From an uncultured Chloroflexia bacterium (lineage in GTDB: Bacteria; Chloroflexota; Limnocylindria; Limnocylindrales; CSP1-4): 28,050 nt of DNA. Made by a program: the position numbers and the translations under genes. How positions within the stretch are numbered: the stretch's first letter is position 1; every line of letters starts with the position of its first letter. Below the pieces are notes generated by a model that was not told the origin of the DNA, ran no database searches, and saw only the letters and a list, made by a program, of their open reading frames with translations. Positions 9,123 through 17,853 of this stretch are shown piece after piece. The stretch covers positions 1 through 28,050 of the forward strand of contig CAVVCZ010000010.1 in assembly GCA_963746845.1 (NCBI GenBank), given 5' to 3'.

Positions 9123-10280
9123 TTATTTGAGCTTGCTCGCGACCTCGGCCGCGATGGCCGGATCGGCCGTGTCGATCACGATCACGAAGTCTGACCCGAC
9201 GTAGACGTATTCGACCGTGCCCGCGTCCCCGTAGTCGATCTTGGTGACCTTCTTGCCGCCGAGCGTCACCTCGGACTTCGTGACCCCGGCCGCGTTGGCG
9301 GACAGCCAGGTGTCGATGACCGCCTCGCTCAGCTTCGCGCCGTCCTTGCCGGGCAGGCGGAACGCGGTGACCTGGAGGTCGATCGCGCCGCTGTCGTCGA
9401 AGGCCTGGGCGATCTGGAGGTCGGACACCTCCGCGCCGAGCGCACGAATCCGGGCGCTGAGGGCCCGCGAGTTCGGGTCGCCGCCGAACACCTGGTCGGC
9501 GCTCGCGCTCTGGATGGTGAGCTGCGTCCCGCCGATCTCCGTCGGGAGCTTCGCCTCGAGCTCCGGCGCGGCGGACGACGCCGACGGTTCGACGCCGGCG
9601 TCGGACGAAAGCGGTTCGTTGCTCGCGCCGGCGTCGTTGCTGGCATCGGCCGCGATCGTCCCGGCCGCGTTCTCGTCGCCCATCGCCGCGGCGACGGCCT
9701 TGGTGATCGTCGCGAGGTCGCTCGGGCTGGCCGAGCCGGCGTCGGCGACCTGGCCGATCAGCGACCCGACCCGGAACAGCGTCGTGACCGAGCCGGTGGC
9801 GGGGTTGTCGACGTCGTAGGCGTCACTGCCCGCCCGGCTCGTCACGTTGGCGCCGGCGGCCTCGGCGGCCGCCTTGTTCTGGCTCATCGCGGCCGCGGCG
9901 GCGTCGCCGTAGCAGGTCACGCTCGCGTAGACGGCGGGCTGGGGGGTGCTCGTGTCGCTGCTGGCGGGGCCGAGGATCGAGACCGTCATCCCGTTCGCGT
10001 TCATGTCCGTCGAGCCGAGCGACCAGTCCTGGGGCAGGTCGCCGCTGTCCGGGATCGCGCCCCACGCCTTCTGCCGGCAGCTGTCGAGGTTCGAGCCGCG
10101 GTTCAGGAACACGAGGGTGAGCGACACGACCGCCACGGCCAGGGCGAGCAGGGCGATCCACGGCGCGACGCTCGCGAGCCACGGCTGCGGGGGATCGGCG
10201 TCGCCCGGCTCGTGGATGGCGGTCGGTCGCGTCGGGGGTCGCGTCAGCGCGCGGCGGGGGCTCGTCCGACGTGTGGGCAT
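9123..10280 (-). CDS. Hypothetical membrane-anchored exported protein, 385 aa
   Basis: One hydrophobic segment near the N-terminus, then two globular-looking regions joined by an Ala/Ser-rich linker; strong GC3 coding pattern. Confidence 0.8.
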   Translation of the reverse strand: MPTRRTSPRRALTRPPTRPTAIHEPGDADPPQPWLASVAPWIALLALAVAVVSLTLVFLNRGSNLDSCRQKAWGAIPDSGDLPQDWSLGSTDMNANGMTVSILGPASSDTSTPQPAVYASVTCYGDAAAAAMSQNKAAAEAAGANVTSRAGSDAYDVDNPATGSVTTLFRVGSLIGQVADAGSASPSDLATITKAVAAAMGDENAAGTIAADASNDAGASNEPLSSDAGVEPSASSAAPELEAKLPTEIGGTQLTIQSASADQVFGGDPNSRALSARIRALGAEVSDLQIAQAFDDSGAIDLQVTAFRLPGKDGAKLSEAVIDTWLSANAAGVTKSEVTLGGKKVTKIDYGDAGTVEYVYVGSDFVIVIDTADPAIAAEVASKLK

Positions 10281-10348
10281 GCTGCCTCAGGCTCCGGACG
10301 GCGGTTGAGAGCCGTCTGAGATCGTCGACCTGGGCCCGGTCGGTGAAC

Positions 10349-10425
10349 TGGTCGGGGCGGCGGGATTTGAACCCACGACCTTATCGTCCCGAACGATACG
10401 CGCTACCAAGCTGCGCCACGCCCCG
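10349..10425 (-). tRNA. tRNA-Pro (anticodon CGG)
   Basis: CGGGGCG acceptor stem, GCGC D-stem, anticodon arm TATCG-TTCGGGA-CGATA, T-loop TTCAAAT and encoded CCA; 77 nt. Confidence 0.97.
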
Positions 10426-10453
10426 ACCGAATGCCCGTTTGCAGGGCCTGCGC

Positions 10454-10462
10454 ATGATAGCA
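10454..10462 (-). promoter_or_regulatory. Extended -10 (TGcTATCAT) of the tRNA-Pro gene
   Basis: Near-consensus TGnTATnAT about 28 nt upstream of the tRNA 5' end. Confidence 0.65.
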
Positions 10463-10482
10463 GAGGGTCACGGGTCGGCAGC

Positions 10483-11745
10483 TCAGTCCCCTTCGACGAG
10501 CGCCGGCATCCGGGTCCGCGGCTCCCGGATCGGGATGACGGCGAGGGCGGCGAGGATGAACGAGACGGCCATGAGGACGAAGACGACCGGCAGCCCGCTC
10601 GGCTCGCCGAGCCCCTCGATGATCCGGCCGTAGAAGAAGGTCCAGAGCGAGCCAACCCCGAACGCGAGCGTGAAGTACAGGGCGAACGAGGTGTCGCGGA
10701 TCGTCGGCGCGGCCACGTCGGCGAGCAGGGCCTGGAGCTGGGGCGACTCCGCGAAGCTGAACAGCCCCATCAGGATGATCCCGAACCAGAGGCCGGTCGT
10801 CGAGGCGCCCGCGACCAGGAACGCCAGGAAGGCGATCGCCCCGCCGACGTACACGCCGATGATCACCGGTCGCCGTCCGACCCGGTCGGACAGCCAGCCC
10901 GCGACGAGGGGCATCGGCACGGACAGGATGATCAGCACCCCGTACATCAGGTTCGTCGTCGACTCCGGGAGGGCGATGACGATCGACAGGTAGGCCAGGG
11001 CGAACAGGTTCACGACGCCCAGCCCGCGGCCGCCGCCGCCGAGCACGGACGCGAGGTAGATCCAGCGGTGGTCGGGGTCGCGGAGGACCGTCGCGAACGA
11101 CTCGCGCACGCTCCCGTGCGCCACCGCGGCCGCCCGGTCGACGCCGGTCTCGCGCACGAAGACCAGGATCGCGAGGGCGATGACGACCGCGGGGATCCCG
11201 AAGATCACCACGACCCAGCGCCAGCCGAGCGCGGCGATCATTGCCGCGCCGACCAGGGCGACGACCACCGTCCCGACGTTGCCGCCGCTGATGTGGGCGC
11301 TGATCGCGAACCCGCGCCGCTCCTCGGGGAACTGCTCTGCCAGCAGGCCGTTGCCGACCGGATGCTGAGGCGCGCCGCCCATCCGCGACGCCACGTTCAC
11401 GACGGCGAACGCCGGAAAGCCCGGCGCGATCGCCTGGGCCGCGAAGCCCCCGCCGAACACGACGCCGCCGCCCGCGAGGATCGATCGTCGCGACATCACC
11501 CGGGTCAGCTTGGCGAAGCTCAGCTGGATGAATCCGCTCGCGATCGATCCGACCGCCACGAGGACGGTCACGTCGGCGAGCGTCACGTGGAACTCGGACA
11601 GGATCTCGAGGTAGACGAGCGGCAGCAGGACCGCCTGGGCGTGGTTGACGGCGTGCGCGATCGACAGGAGCCAGAGCGTCCGCTCGGGGTGGATCTCGAC
11701 CCGGCTCGGGGCAGGCGGGACCGGCGCGGTGGGATCGGCCGTCAT
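10483..11745 (-). CDS. MFS transporter (Fsr-like)
   Basis: About 12 hydrophobic segments; HAVNH..LLP, QHPVG, GGNVG and [10 protein letters not shown] motifs; start set at ATG 11745. Confidence 0.88.
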   Translation of the reverse strand: MTADPTAPVPPAPSRVEIHPERTLWLLSIAHAVNHAQAVLLPLVYLEILSEFHVTLADVTVLVAVGSIASGFIQLSFAKLTRVMSRRSILAGGGVVFGGGFAAQAIAPGFPAFAVVNVASRMGGAPQHPVGNGLLAEQFPEERRGFAISAHISGGNVGTVVVALVGAAMIAALGWRWVVVIFGIPAVVIALAILVFVRETGVDRAAAVAHGSVRESFATVLRDPDHRWIYLASVLGGGGRGLGVVNLFALAYLSIVIALPESTTNLMYGVLIILSVPMPLVAGWLSDRVGRRPVIIGVYVGGAIAFLAFLVAGASTTGLWFGIILMGLFSFAESPQLQALLADVAAPTIRDTSFALYFTLAFGVGSLWTFFYGRIIEGLGEPSGLPVVFVLMAVSFILAALAVIPIREPRTRMPALVEGD

Positions 11746-11870
11746 CGGGATTCCATGCTGACGGATCGCGCGGCGGGACGTGGGCCCGTTGCAGGCGCGA
11801 CCGCTTTCGGGCATGGTGTCGGCCCCGGTCGGCCCCACGGGCGCCGCCGGCCCATCTCCACGGGGTCTCC

Positions 11871-12257
11871 ATGCCGACCGTCCTGATCGCCGATGCCGAG
11901 CCGCACATCCGCATCCTGATCGCGCAGGCACTCGAAGACCTCGAGGATGCGGGGGTCGAGCTCCAGACCGCGTCAGACGACGAGACGGCCCTCGAGACTG
12001 TTCGGAACCTCCGCCCGGAGCTCGTCTTCCTCGATGTGATGCTGCCGCGAACGACCGGGTTCGACGTCTGCCGGGCGATCAAGCACGACCTCGGGCTCGC
12101 CGGGACGACGGTCGTGATGCTGACCGCGAAGGGCCAGGCGTATGACCGCGAGGAGGGGCTCGCTGCCGGGGCCGATCGTTACCTGACCAAGCCGTTCGAT
12201 CCCGACGAGCTGCTCCTGGTGGCCCGCGACGCGCTCGGGCCGGCGGGAGTCACCTGA
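11871..12257 (+). CDS. Single-domain response regulator (receiver)
   Basis: VLIAD, FLDVMLP (phospho-Asp), MLTA and YLTKPF motifs. Confidence 0.9.
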   Translation: MPTVLIADAEPHIRILIAQALEDLEDAGVELQTASDDETALETVRNLRPELVFLDVMLPRTTGFDVCRAIKHDLGLAGTTVVMLTAKGQAYDREEGLAAGADRYLTKPFDPDELLLVARDALGPAGVT

Positions 12258-13069
12258 TCGAACGGCGACGCCTCGGAGCCGCCGGACCGGAGGTGCCGGT
12301 GATCGGCCTTGGCACCTGGCGGGTGTTCGACGTCCCCTCAGTGCGGCAGGCCGTTGCGGACGGCGTCGTGGCGGCGGCATTCGAGCGCGGCGTCCGTGTC
12401 GTGGACTCGTCGCCGATGTACGGCCGCGCCGAGGCCGTGCTCTCCTCCGCGCTCGGGGCGGGCCCGGGTCGCGATCGCGCGTTCGTCGCGACGAAGGTCT
12501 GGACCGGGTCGATCGACCCGGCGCAGGCGCACCTGCGCCGGCAGCTCGACTGGTTCGACGGCCGGATCGACCTGCTCCAGGTCCACAACCTCGTCGGGTG
12601 GCGCGTCCACCTGGATTGGATGGAGGCGGAGCGGGATGCCGGTCGGATCGGCTGGATCGGTGCGACGCACTTCAGCTCGTCGGCGTTCGACGAGCTCGAG
12701 ACCGTGATGCGGACCGGCCGGATCCAGGTCGTCCAGGTGCCCGTCAACCCGCGCGAGCGAGCGGCCGAGGCCCGGATCCTGCCGCTCGCGGAGGAGCTCG
12801 GGATCGGGGTGATCGCGATGCGGCCGTTCGCCGAGGGCGGGCTGCTGGGCCGGCCACTCCCCGAGGAGCTGCGGCGGGCCGGGCTGACGTCGTGGCCGGA
12901 CGCGCTCCTGCGGTGGACCCTGTCGGACCGCCGGGTCGGCGTGGCGATCCCGGCTTCGTCGTCGGTCGACCACGTGGCCGCGAATACCGCGGCCGGCTCC
13001 GGGCCATGGCTGCACCCGGACATCCGGGACCTCGTGGCGCGCCTCGCCGGCCAGGTCATTTCGCCCTAG
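12254..13069 (+). CDS. Aldo/keto reductase; start uncertain (CTG 12254 or GTG 12293)
   Basis: ERRRLG..GPEVPVIGLGTW, DSSPMYG, FVATKV, IDLLQVHN and IAMRPF motifs. Confidence 0.85.
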   Translation: MIERRRLGAAGPEVPVIGLGTWRVFDVPSVRQAVADGVVAAAFERGVRVVDSSPMYGRAEAVLSSALGAGPGRDRAFVATKVWTGSIDPAQAHLRRQLDWFDGRIDLLQVHNLVGWRVHLDWMEAERDAGRIGWIGATHFSSSAFDELETVMRTGRIQVVQVPVNPRERAAEARILPLAEELGIGVIAMRPFAEGGLLGRPLPEELRRAGLTSWPDALLRWTLSDRRVGVAIPASSSVDHVAANTAAGSGPWLHPDIRDLVARLAGQVISP

Positions 13070-13809
13070 CGCGCGGCGAACAGGCCCGACCCGTCGACGC
13101 GGGCCCACGCGATGCCGTCGGCGAGGGGCATGGCCCGGTCCGCGTCCAGGAGGGCGTGGATCCAGCTGGCGGATCGGGCCGGAAAGCGCGCTGCCATCAG
13201 GTCGCGAAGATCGCGGAGGAGCCCGCGGTTCCGCCTTGTCGACCGGACGACCAGGAGGCCGGCGACCCGAGCGTTCGGCTCCTCCCGACGGAGCGCGGCC
13301 ACCTTGTCAGCCAGACCCCGCATCGCCTCGCCGACGTCCGTCAGCAGATCAACGAGCTCGACGACGGCGATCTCGTTGCGGGCGGGCCGTTCCAGGAGGA
13401 CGTCGATCGAGCGCGATCGACGCGACATCGGATCGATCGTTCGCTCTGCCCGAGCCTGCCACGCGCCCGTCCTGGCGAACCGGATGATCGACGTCTGACC
13501 GCGGAGGTGGGCGATGTCCCGTGGGAGATCGGCTCCGGGACGGGCCTCGAGGAACGCCGCCAACTCCGTGTCCACGGCCGCGGCGCAGGCCGCGAGCGTC
13601 TCGAGCGATGCGGTCGTCCCGCCGCCCCGTTCGAGCGTGCTCCAGAACCCCTGCGAGACGCCGGCCCGATCGGATGCCTGCGCCTGCGTCAGCCGCAGGG
13701 CGAGTCGGGATTCCTTCAGCCCCACGCCGATCCGCCCGGCCAGGTAGCGGCTCCGTCGCCTCCCTGCCGCTCGCGCCGATCCCGCGCGACGTCGCGATCG
13801 ATCCGGCAT
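13066..13809 (-). CDS. XRE-family helix-turn-helix protein with a C-terminal restriction-endonuclease-like domain
   Basis: LKESRLALRLTQAQASDRAGVSQGFWSTLERG HTH, followed by W...E...SIDVLL...VVEL; GGAGG 8 nt before ATG 13809. Confidence 0.75.
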   Translation of the reverse strand: MPDRSRRRAGSARAAGRRRSRYLAGRIGVGLKESRLALRLTQAQASDRAGVSQGFWSTLERGGGTTASLETLAACAAAVDTELAAFLEARPGADLPRDIAHLRGQTSIIRFARTGAWQARAERTIDPMSRRSRSIDVLLERPARNEIAVVELVDLLTDVGEAMRGLADKVAALRREEPNARVAGLLVVRSTRRNRGLLRDLRDLMAARFPARSASWIHALLDADRAMPLADGIAWARVDGSGLFAAR

Positions 13810-13890
13810 CAACGCGCCTCCGAGGTCGGCGGGCAGACGAGCATGCCGCCTGGCCATTCACCGGCGATCAACGGGCCGCCGGGCATCACG

Positions 13891-14051
13891 TATTTCAAGA
13901 AGGCGTATCGGACGGCCATTCGGCCCCGACCAGGCTCCGCCGAGCGCGCCCTGTCGCGCATCTCATCACGAGAAGACGTATCCGGCCCGGAAGTCCATGG
14001 GTTCGACGGGGGCCGGTCCCGGGATGCTGTCGGATACGCCTTCTTGAGATA
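13891..14051. repeat. 161-bp element bounded by a 26-bp imperfect inverted repeat (REP/MITE-like)
   Basis: Arms TATTTCAAGAAGGCGTATCGGACGGC (13891-13916) and GCTGTCGGATACGCCTTCTTGAGATA (14026-14051) are 23/26 complementary with a 15-bp perfect core. Confidence 0.8.
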
Positions 14052-14086
14052 TCGCGGCGGGTGAGGTGGGGCGGCGCGTCGGACGA

Positions 14087-14112
14087 GGCGGGCGCCTGGG
14101 CCGGCGCCCGCC
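14087..14112 (-). terminator. GC-rich hairpin after the type III GS gene; possible terminator without a U-tract
   Basis: GGCGGGCGCC-tgggcc-GGCGCCCGCC forms a perfect 10-bp stem 11 nt downstream of the stop codon. Confidence 0.45.
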
Positions 14113-14123
14113 CGGCACGAGGC

Positions 14124-16268
14124 TCAGTACTGGAACAGCAGCTCGCGGTACTTCGGCAGCGGCCAGAGGTCGTCCGAGACCAGGGTCTCGAGCTCGTCCG
14201 CCACGTCGCGCAGGTGGTTCTGGGCGGGGATCACCTTGTCGGCGAACGCCCGCGCCTCCTTCTCGACCGACTTCGCCTCGTGCGCCGCGTGCTGGGCATG
14301 CTCCAGGTCGCGGATCGCCTTGACGAGATCGTCGGTCAGGTCCGATACCTGGTCGGCGACGGCGCTCACGCCCTTCGACGACCCGGCGGCGGCCAGCTCG
14401 CCGAGGTAGCGCGCGGCGGCCGGCAGGATCAGCGTCCGGGCGATGTCGAGCGCGCAGCTCGCCTCGATGTTCTGGACCTTGACGTAGCGCTCCCAGTTGA
14501 TGTCGACGCGCGAGGCGAGCTCGCGCTCCGAGAGCACCCCGAACGACGAGAACAGCTTCTTCGCCTTGGCCGACGTCAGCGCCGGCAGGGCGTCGACCGT
14601 GCTCTTGTTGTTCGGCAGACCGCGCTTGGCCGCCTCCGCGTGCCACTCCTCCGAGTAGTTGTTGCCCTCGAACAGGACCTGCTGGTGCTCGCCGACGGTC
14701 GTGCTCAGGATCGTGGTCAGGCTCTTGAAGTCGCCCGGCTTCAGCTTGTCGAGCGCATCGGCGAGCCGCTTGAGCGAGTCCGCGACCGCCAGGTTGAGGA
14801 CCGTCTGCGGCCAGTAGATCGGGGCCGACGAGCCCACCGCGCGGAACTCGAACTTGTTGCCGGTGAACGCGAACGGCGAGGTCCGGTTCCGGTCGGTCGC
14901 GTCCTTCGAGAGGACCGGCAGCGACGTGACGCCGAGCTCCAGCGAGCCGCCCTTCTTCGAGGCCGACGCCGAGCCCCGTCCCAGCTGCTCGACGACATCC
15001 GCGAGCTGCGAGCCGAGGAAGATCGAGACGATCGCCGGCGGCGCCTCGTTGGCCCCGAGACGATGGTCGTTGCCCGCGTCGGCGATCGACGCCCGGAGCA
15101 GGTCCGCGTGCGCATTGACGCCGTGGATCACCGCGACCAGGAACGCGAGGAACTGGGCGTTCGAATGGGGGTCGTTGCCCGGATCGAGGAGGTTCTCCCC
15201 GTCGTCGGTGGCCATCGACCAGTTGTTGTGCTTGCCGGAGCCGTTGATCCCGGCGAACGGCTTCTCGTGGACGAGGAACGACAGCCCGTGCTGCGGCGCG
15301 AGCCGGCGCATCGTCGAGAGGACGATCATGTTGTGGTCGGAGCCGACCGACGTCGCCTCGTACACCGGCGCCATCTCGAACTGGGCGGGCGCGACCTCGT
15401 TGTGCCGGGTCCGGGCCGGGATGCCGAGCCGCCAGAGCTCCCGGTCGAGATCCATCATGAACGCGAGGATCCGCGGGCGGATCGGGCCGAAGTACTGGTC
15501 CTCCAGCTCCTGGCCCTTCGGCGACGGGGCGCCGAACAGCGTCCGCCCGGTCAGCAGGAGGTCCGGCCGCTGCTCGGCCAGCCGCCGGTCGACGAGGAAG
15601 TACTCCTGCTCGGGGCCGATGTTCGTGAAGACCCGGCTGGACGAGGTGTTGCCGAACCAGCGCAGGACGCGCAGGGCCTGCTTGCCGAGCGCCTCCTGCG
15701 ACCGGAGCAGCGGGATCTTGTGGTCGAGCGCCTCGCCGGTGAACGAGACGTACGCCGTCGGGATCGTCATCGTGACGCCGTTCGGCTCGACCTGGAGGAA
15801 GATCGGGCTCGTGACGTCCCATGCGGTGTAGCCGCGCGCCTCGAACGTCGCCCGGATCCCGCCCGACGGGAACGAGCTTGCGTCCGGCTCGCCCTGGAGG
15901 AGGTTCCTGCCGGAGAACTCGGCGATCGTGTGGCCGTCCCCGCTCGGGTTGAGGAACGAGTCGTGCTTCTCGGCGGTCGAGCCGGTCATCGGCACGAACC
16001 AGTGGGTGAAGTGGGTCGCCCCATGGGACAGCGCCCACTCCTTCACCCCGTGGGCGACGGCGTCGGCGATCTCGGGCTCGAACGGCTCCAGCCCGTCGAT
16101 CGTCCGTCGGAGACGACGGAAGATCGGCTTGGCGAGGTACTGCCGCTGGGCGACCTCGTGGAACACGTACTGGCCGAAGATCTCCTCGCCGGCGTGCTCC
16201 GTGTAGTCCTGCGTCGCGCTGACCTTCTGGCTCGCGATCTCCGCGATGGCCGTCTGACGTGCGGTCAT
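14124..16268 (-). CDS. glnN: Glutamine synthetase type III
   Basis: 714 aa; THFTHWF.P.TG.TAEKHDSF, GEPDASSFPSGG.RATFEARGYT.WD, GPEQEYFL, HNEVAP.Q, GINGSGKHNNWS, DRNRTSPFAFTGNKFEFRAVG and WPLPKY.ELLF; GAGGAGG RBS. Confidence 0.96.
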   Translation of the reverse strand: MTARQTAIAEIASQKVSATQDYTEHAGEEIFGQYVFHEVAQRQYLAKPIFRRLRRTIDGLEPFEPEIADAVAHGVKEWALSHGATHFTHWFVPMTGSTAEKHDSFLNPSGDGHTIAEFSGRNLLQGEPDASSFPSGGIRATFEARGYTAWDVTSPIFLQVEPNGVTMTIPTAYVSFTGEALDHKIPLLRSQEALGKQALRVLRWFGNTSSSRVFTNIGPEQEYFLVDRRLAEQRPDLLLTGRTLFGAPSPKGQELEDQYFGPIRPRILAFMMDLDRELWRLGIPARTRHNEVAPAQFEMAPVYEATSVGSDHNMIVLSTMRRLAPQHGLSFLVHEKPFAGINGSGKHNNWSMATDDGENLLDPGNDPHSNAQFLAFLVAVIHGVNAHADLLRASIADAGNDHRLGANEAPPAIVSIFLGSQLADVVEQLGRGSASASKKGGSLELGVTSLPVLSKDATDRNRTSPFAFTGNKFEFRAVGSSAPIYWPQTVLNLAVADSLKRLADALDKLKPGDFKSLTTILSTTVGEHQQVLFEGNNYSEEWHAEAAKRGLPNNKSTVDALPALTSAKAKKLFSSFGVLSERELASRVDINWERYVKVQNIEASCALDIARTLILPAAARYLGELAAAGSSKGVSAVADQVSDLTDDLVKAIRDLEHAQHAAHEAKSVEKEARAFADKVIPAQNHLRDVADELETLVSDDLWPLPKYRELLFQY

Positions 16269-16325
16269 GTTCCTCCTCGACGATGTGATCCGGGTGCCTG
16301 ATGGACGGGTGGATGGGTGGCGGAT

Positions 16326-17687
16326 TCAGAACGCCTCGAGATATCGCTCCAGCTCCCAGCCGGTGACCTGGGTTCGGTAGTCGTCCCACTCGGCCCGCTT
16401 CGCGGAGACGTAGTGGGACAGGACGTGGTCGCCAAGTGCCGCGGCGATGACCGGGTCGCGCTCGAGCTCGTCGATCGCCTCGCCGAGGGTGCCGGGCAGC
16501 TCGCGGATGCCCTTCTCGGCGATCCGCGCGGCATCCATCTCGAACAGGCTCTCCTCGACCGGTTCGCCGAGGGTCAGACCCCGCTCGACCCCGTCGAGGC
16601 CGGCCGCGATCATCGCGGCGAACGCGAGGTACGTGTTCGAGGACGGGTCCGGACAGCGGACCTCGACCCGCGTCCCCTCGATCGACTTGCCCGGCGAGAC
16701 CTTCGGGACCCGGATCAGGGCCGAGCGGTTGGTCCGGCCCCAGGTCAAGTAGGTCGGCGCCTCGTAGCCCGGGACCAGCCGCTTGTAGCTGTTCACGAGC
16801 GGGGCGAGGATCGCGATCATCCCGCGGGCGTGGGTCAGGATCCCGGCCATGTACGACCGCGCGACCTCCGACAGGCCGTACTTGTTGTCGGGGTCGGCGA
16901 ACGCGTTCCGGCCGTCGGCGATCGACCACAGGCTCTGATGGGTGTGCATCCCCGAGCCGTTGATCCCGTGGATCGGCTTCGGCATGAACGTGGCGTACAG
17001 CCCGTGCTGCTGGGCGATCGCCTTGAGGGCGAACTTGAACGTGATCGCGTTGTCGGCCGTCTTCAGCGCGTCGGCGTACTCGAAGTCGATCTCGTGCTGG
17101 CCCGCCGCGACCTCGTGGTGGGCGGCCTCGACCCGGATCCCGAACGCCTCGAGGGCGTCGACCATGTCCTGGCGGACCTCCTGGGCGAGGTCCGTCGAGA
17201 AGTCGAAGTAGCCCGCCTCGTCGTGGGGCAGCGGGGCGATGCCGCCGTCGGGGCCACGCCGGAATAGGAAGAACTCGAGCTCAGGGCCGGTGTTGACGAC
17301 GTACCCGAGCTTCCGGGCGCGCTCCACCTGGCGGCGGAGGACATGACGGGGGTCGCCGGTGAACGGCTCGCCGGTCGGGGTGAAGACGTCGCAGATCACC
17401 CGGGCCGTCCCGCGCGGGCCGGCGGCGGTCTGCCACGGGATCTCGGCGAACGTCGCCATGTCCGGCATCAGGTACTGGTCGCTCTCGGCGATCCGGGTGA
17501 ACCCCTCGATCGAGCTCCCGTCGAACCAGGTGCCATGCCGGACGGAGCCCTCGAGCTGATGGATCGGGATCGTGACCGCCTTGACGACGCCGAGGATGTC
17601 CGTGAACTGGAGCTGGACGAAGCGGACGCCGCGCGCCCGGGCGTCGTCGATCCTGTCCGCCCCGTCGACTTCCTCGTGCGCGATCAC
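16326..17687 (-). CDS. glnA: Glutamine synthetase type I (alpha-type)
   Basis: FDGSSIEGFTRIAESD, GPELEFFLF, HHEVAAGQHEIDF, FMPKP..GINGSGMH, NSYKRLVPGYEAP (Glu flap) and NRSALIR motifs. Confidence 0.95.
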   Translation of the reverse strand: MIAHEEVDGADRIDDARARGVRFVQLQFTDILGVVKAVTIPIHQLEGSVRHGTWFDGSSIEGFTRIAESDQYLMPDMATFAEIPWQTAAGPRGTARVICDVFTPTGEPFTGDPRHVLRRQVERARKLGYVVNTGPELEFFLFRRGPDGGIAPLPHDEAGYFDFSTDLAQEVRQDMVDALEAFGIRVEAAHHEVAAGQHEIDFEYADALKTADNAITFKFALKAIAQQHGLYATFMPKPIHGINGSGMHTHQSLWSIADGRNAFADPDNKYGLSEVARSYMAGILTHARGMIAILAPLVNSYKRLVPGYEAPTYLTWGRTNRSALIRVPKVSPGKSIEGTRVEVRCPDPSSNTYLAFAAMIAAGLDGVERGLTLGEPVEESLFEMDAARIAEKGIRELPGTLGEAIDELERDPVIAAALGDHVLSHYVSAKRAEWDDYRTQVTGWELERYLEAF

Positions 17688-17743
17688 CGGCGATCCTGCC
17701 TCCGCGAACCACCCGCCATGGGAACCCTCGACCAGCGCAATTG

Positions 17744-17760
17744 TTGTGCCTGACGCACGA
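17744..17760. promoter_or_regulatory. 17-bp palindromic box TTGTGC-N5-GCACGA, candidate PucR-family operator
   Basis: Dyad with 5/6 matching half-sites, in the glnA leader next to a PucR-family gene. Confidence 0.55.
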
Positions 17761-17786
17761 TTCGCGTCTGTCGGGCGGGTGAGGTC

Positions 17787-17815
17787 AGGATATCCGGAGC
17801 GTGGCGTCGCGTGAA
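17787..17815 (-). promoter_or_regulatory. Putative housekeeping-sigma promoter of glnA-glnN (TTCACG-N17-TATCCT)
   Basis: -35 at 17815-17810 and -10 at 17792-17787 with a 17-nt spacer. Confidence 0.55.
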
Positions 17816-17836
17816 GGTTGCGACGCTCAGTGCAAC

Positions 17837-17853
17837 TTAGTCATCTTGCACAA
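17837..17853. promoter_or_regulatory. Second 17-bp box (minus strand TTGTGC-aagat-GACTAA) overlapping the regulator's stop codon
   Basis: One perfect TTGTGC half-site; AT-rich against the GC-rich background; centred about 65 nt upstream of the predicted start site. Confidence 0.45.

Noticed and set aside
10281-10425. tRNA-Pro as the integration site of an island
   Set aside because: No integrase, no duplicated tRNA 3' end and no compositional shift in the window.
16326-17687. glnA copy as a gamma-glutamyl-polyamine ligase
   Set aside because: It retains DGSS, the YFD Tyr and the GYEAP Glu flap typical of ammonium-using GS.
17737-17751. Sigma-54-like -24/-12 element AGGCAC-AACAA-TTGC upstream of glnA
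   Set aside because: The GG-N10-GC spacing is correct, but it overlaps the TTGTGC box, a good sigma-70-type promoter exists upstream, and no enhancer-binding protein is nearby. Revisit if the genome encodes rpoN.
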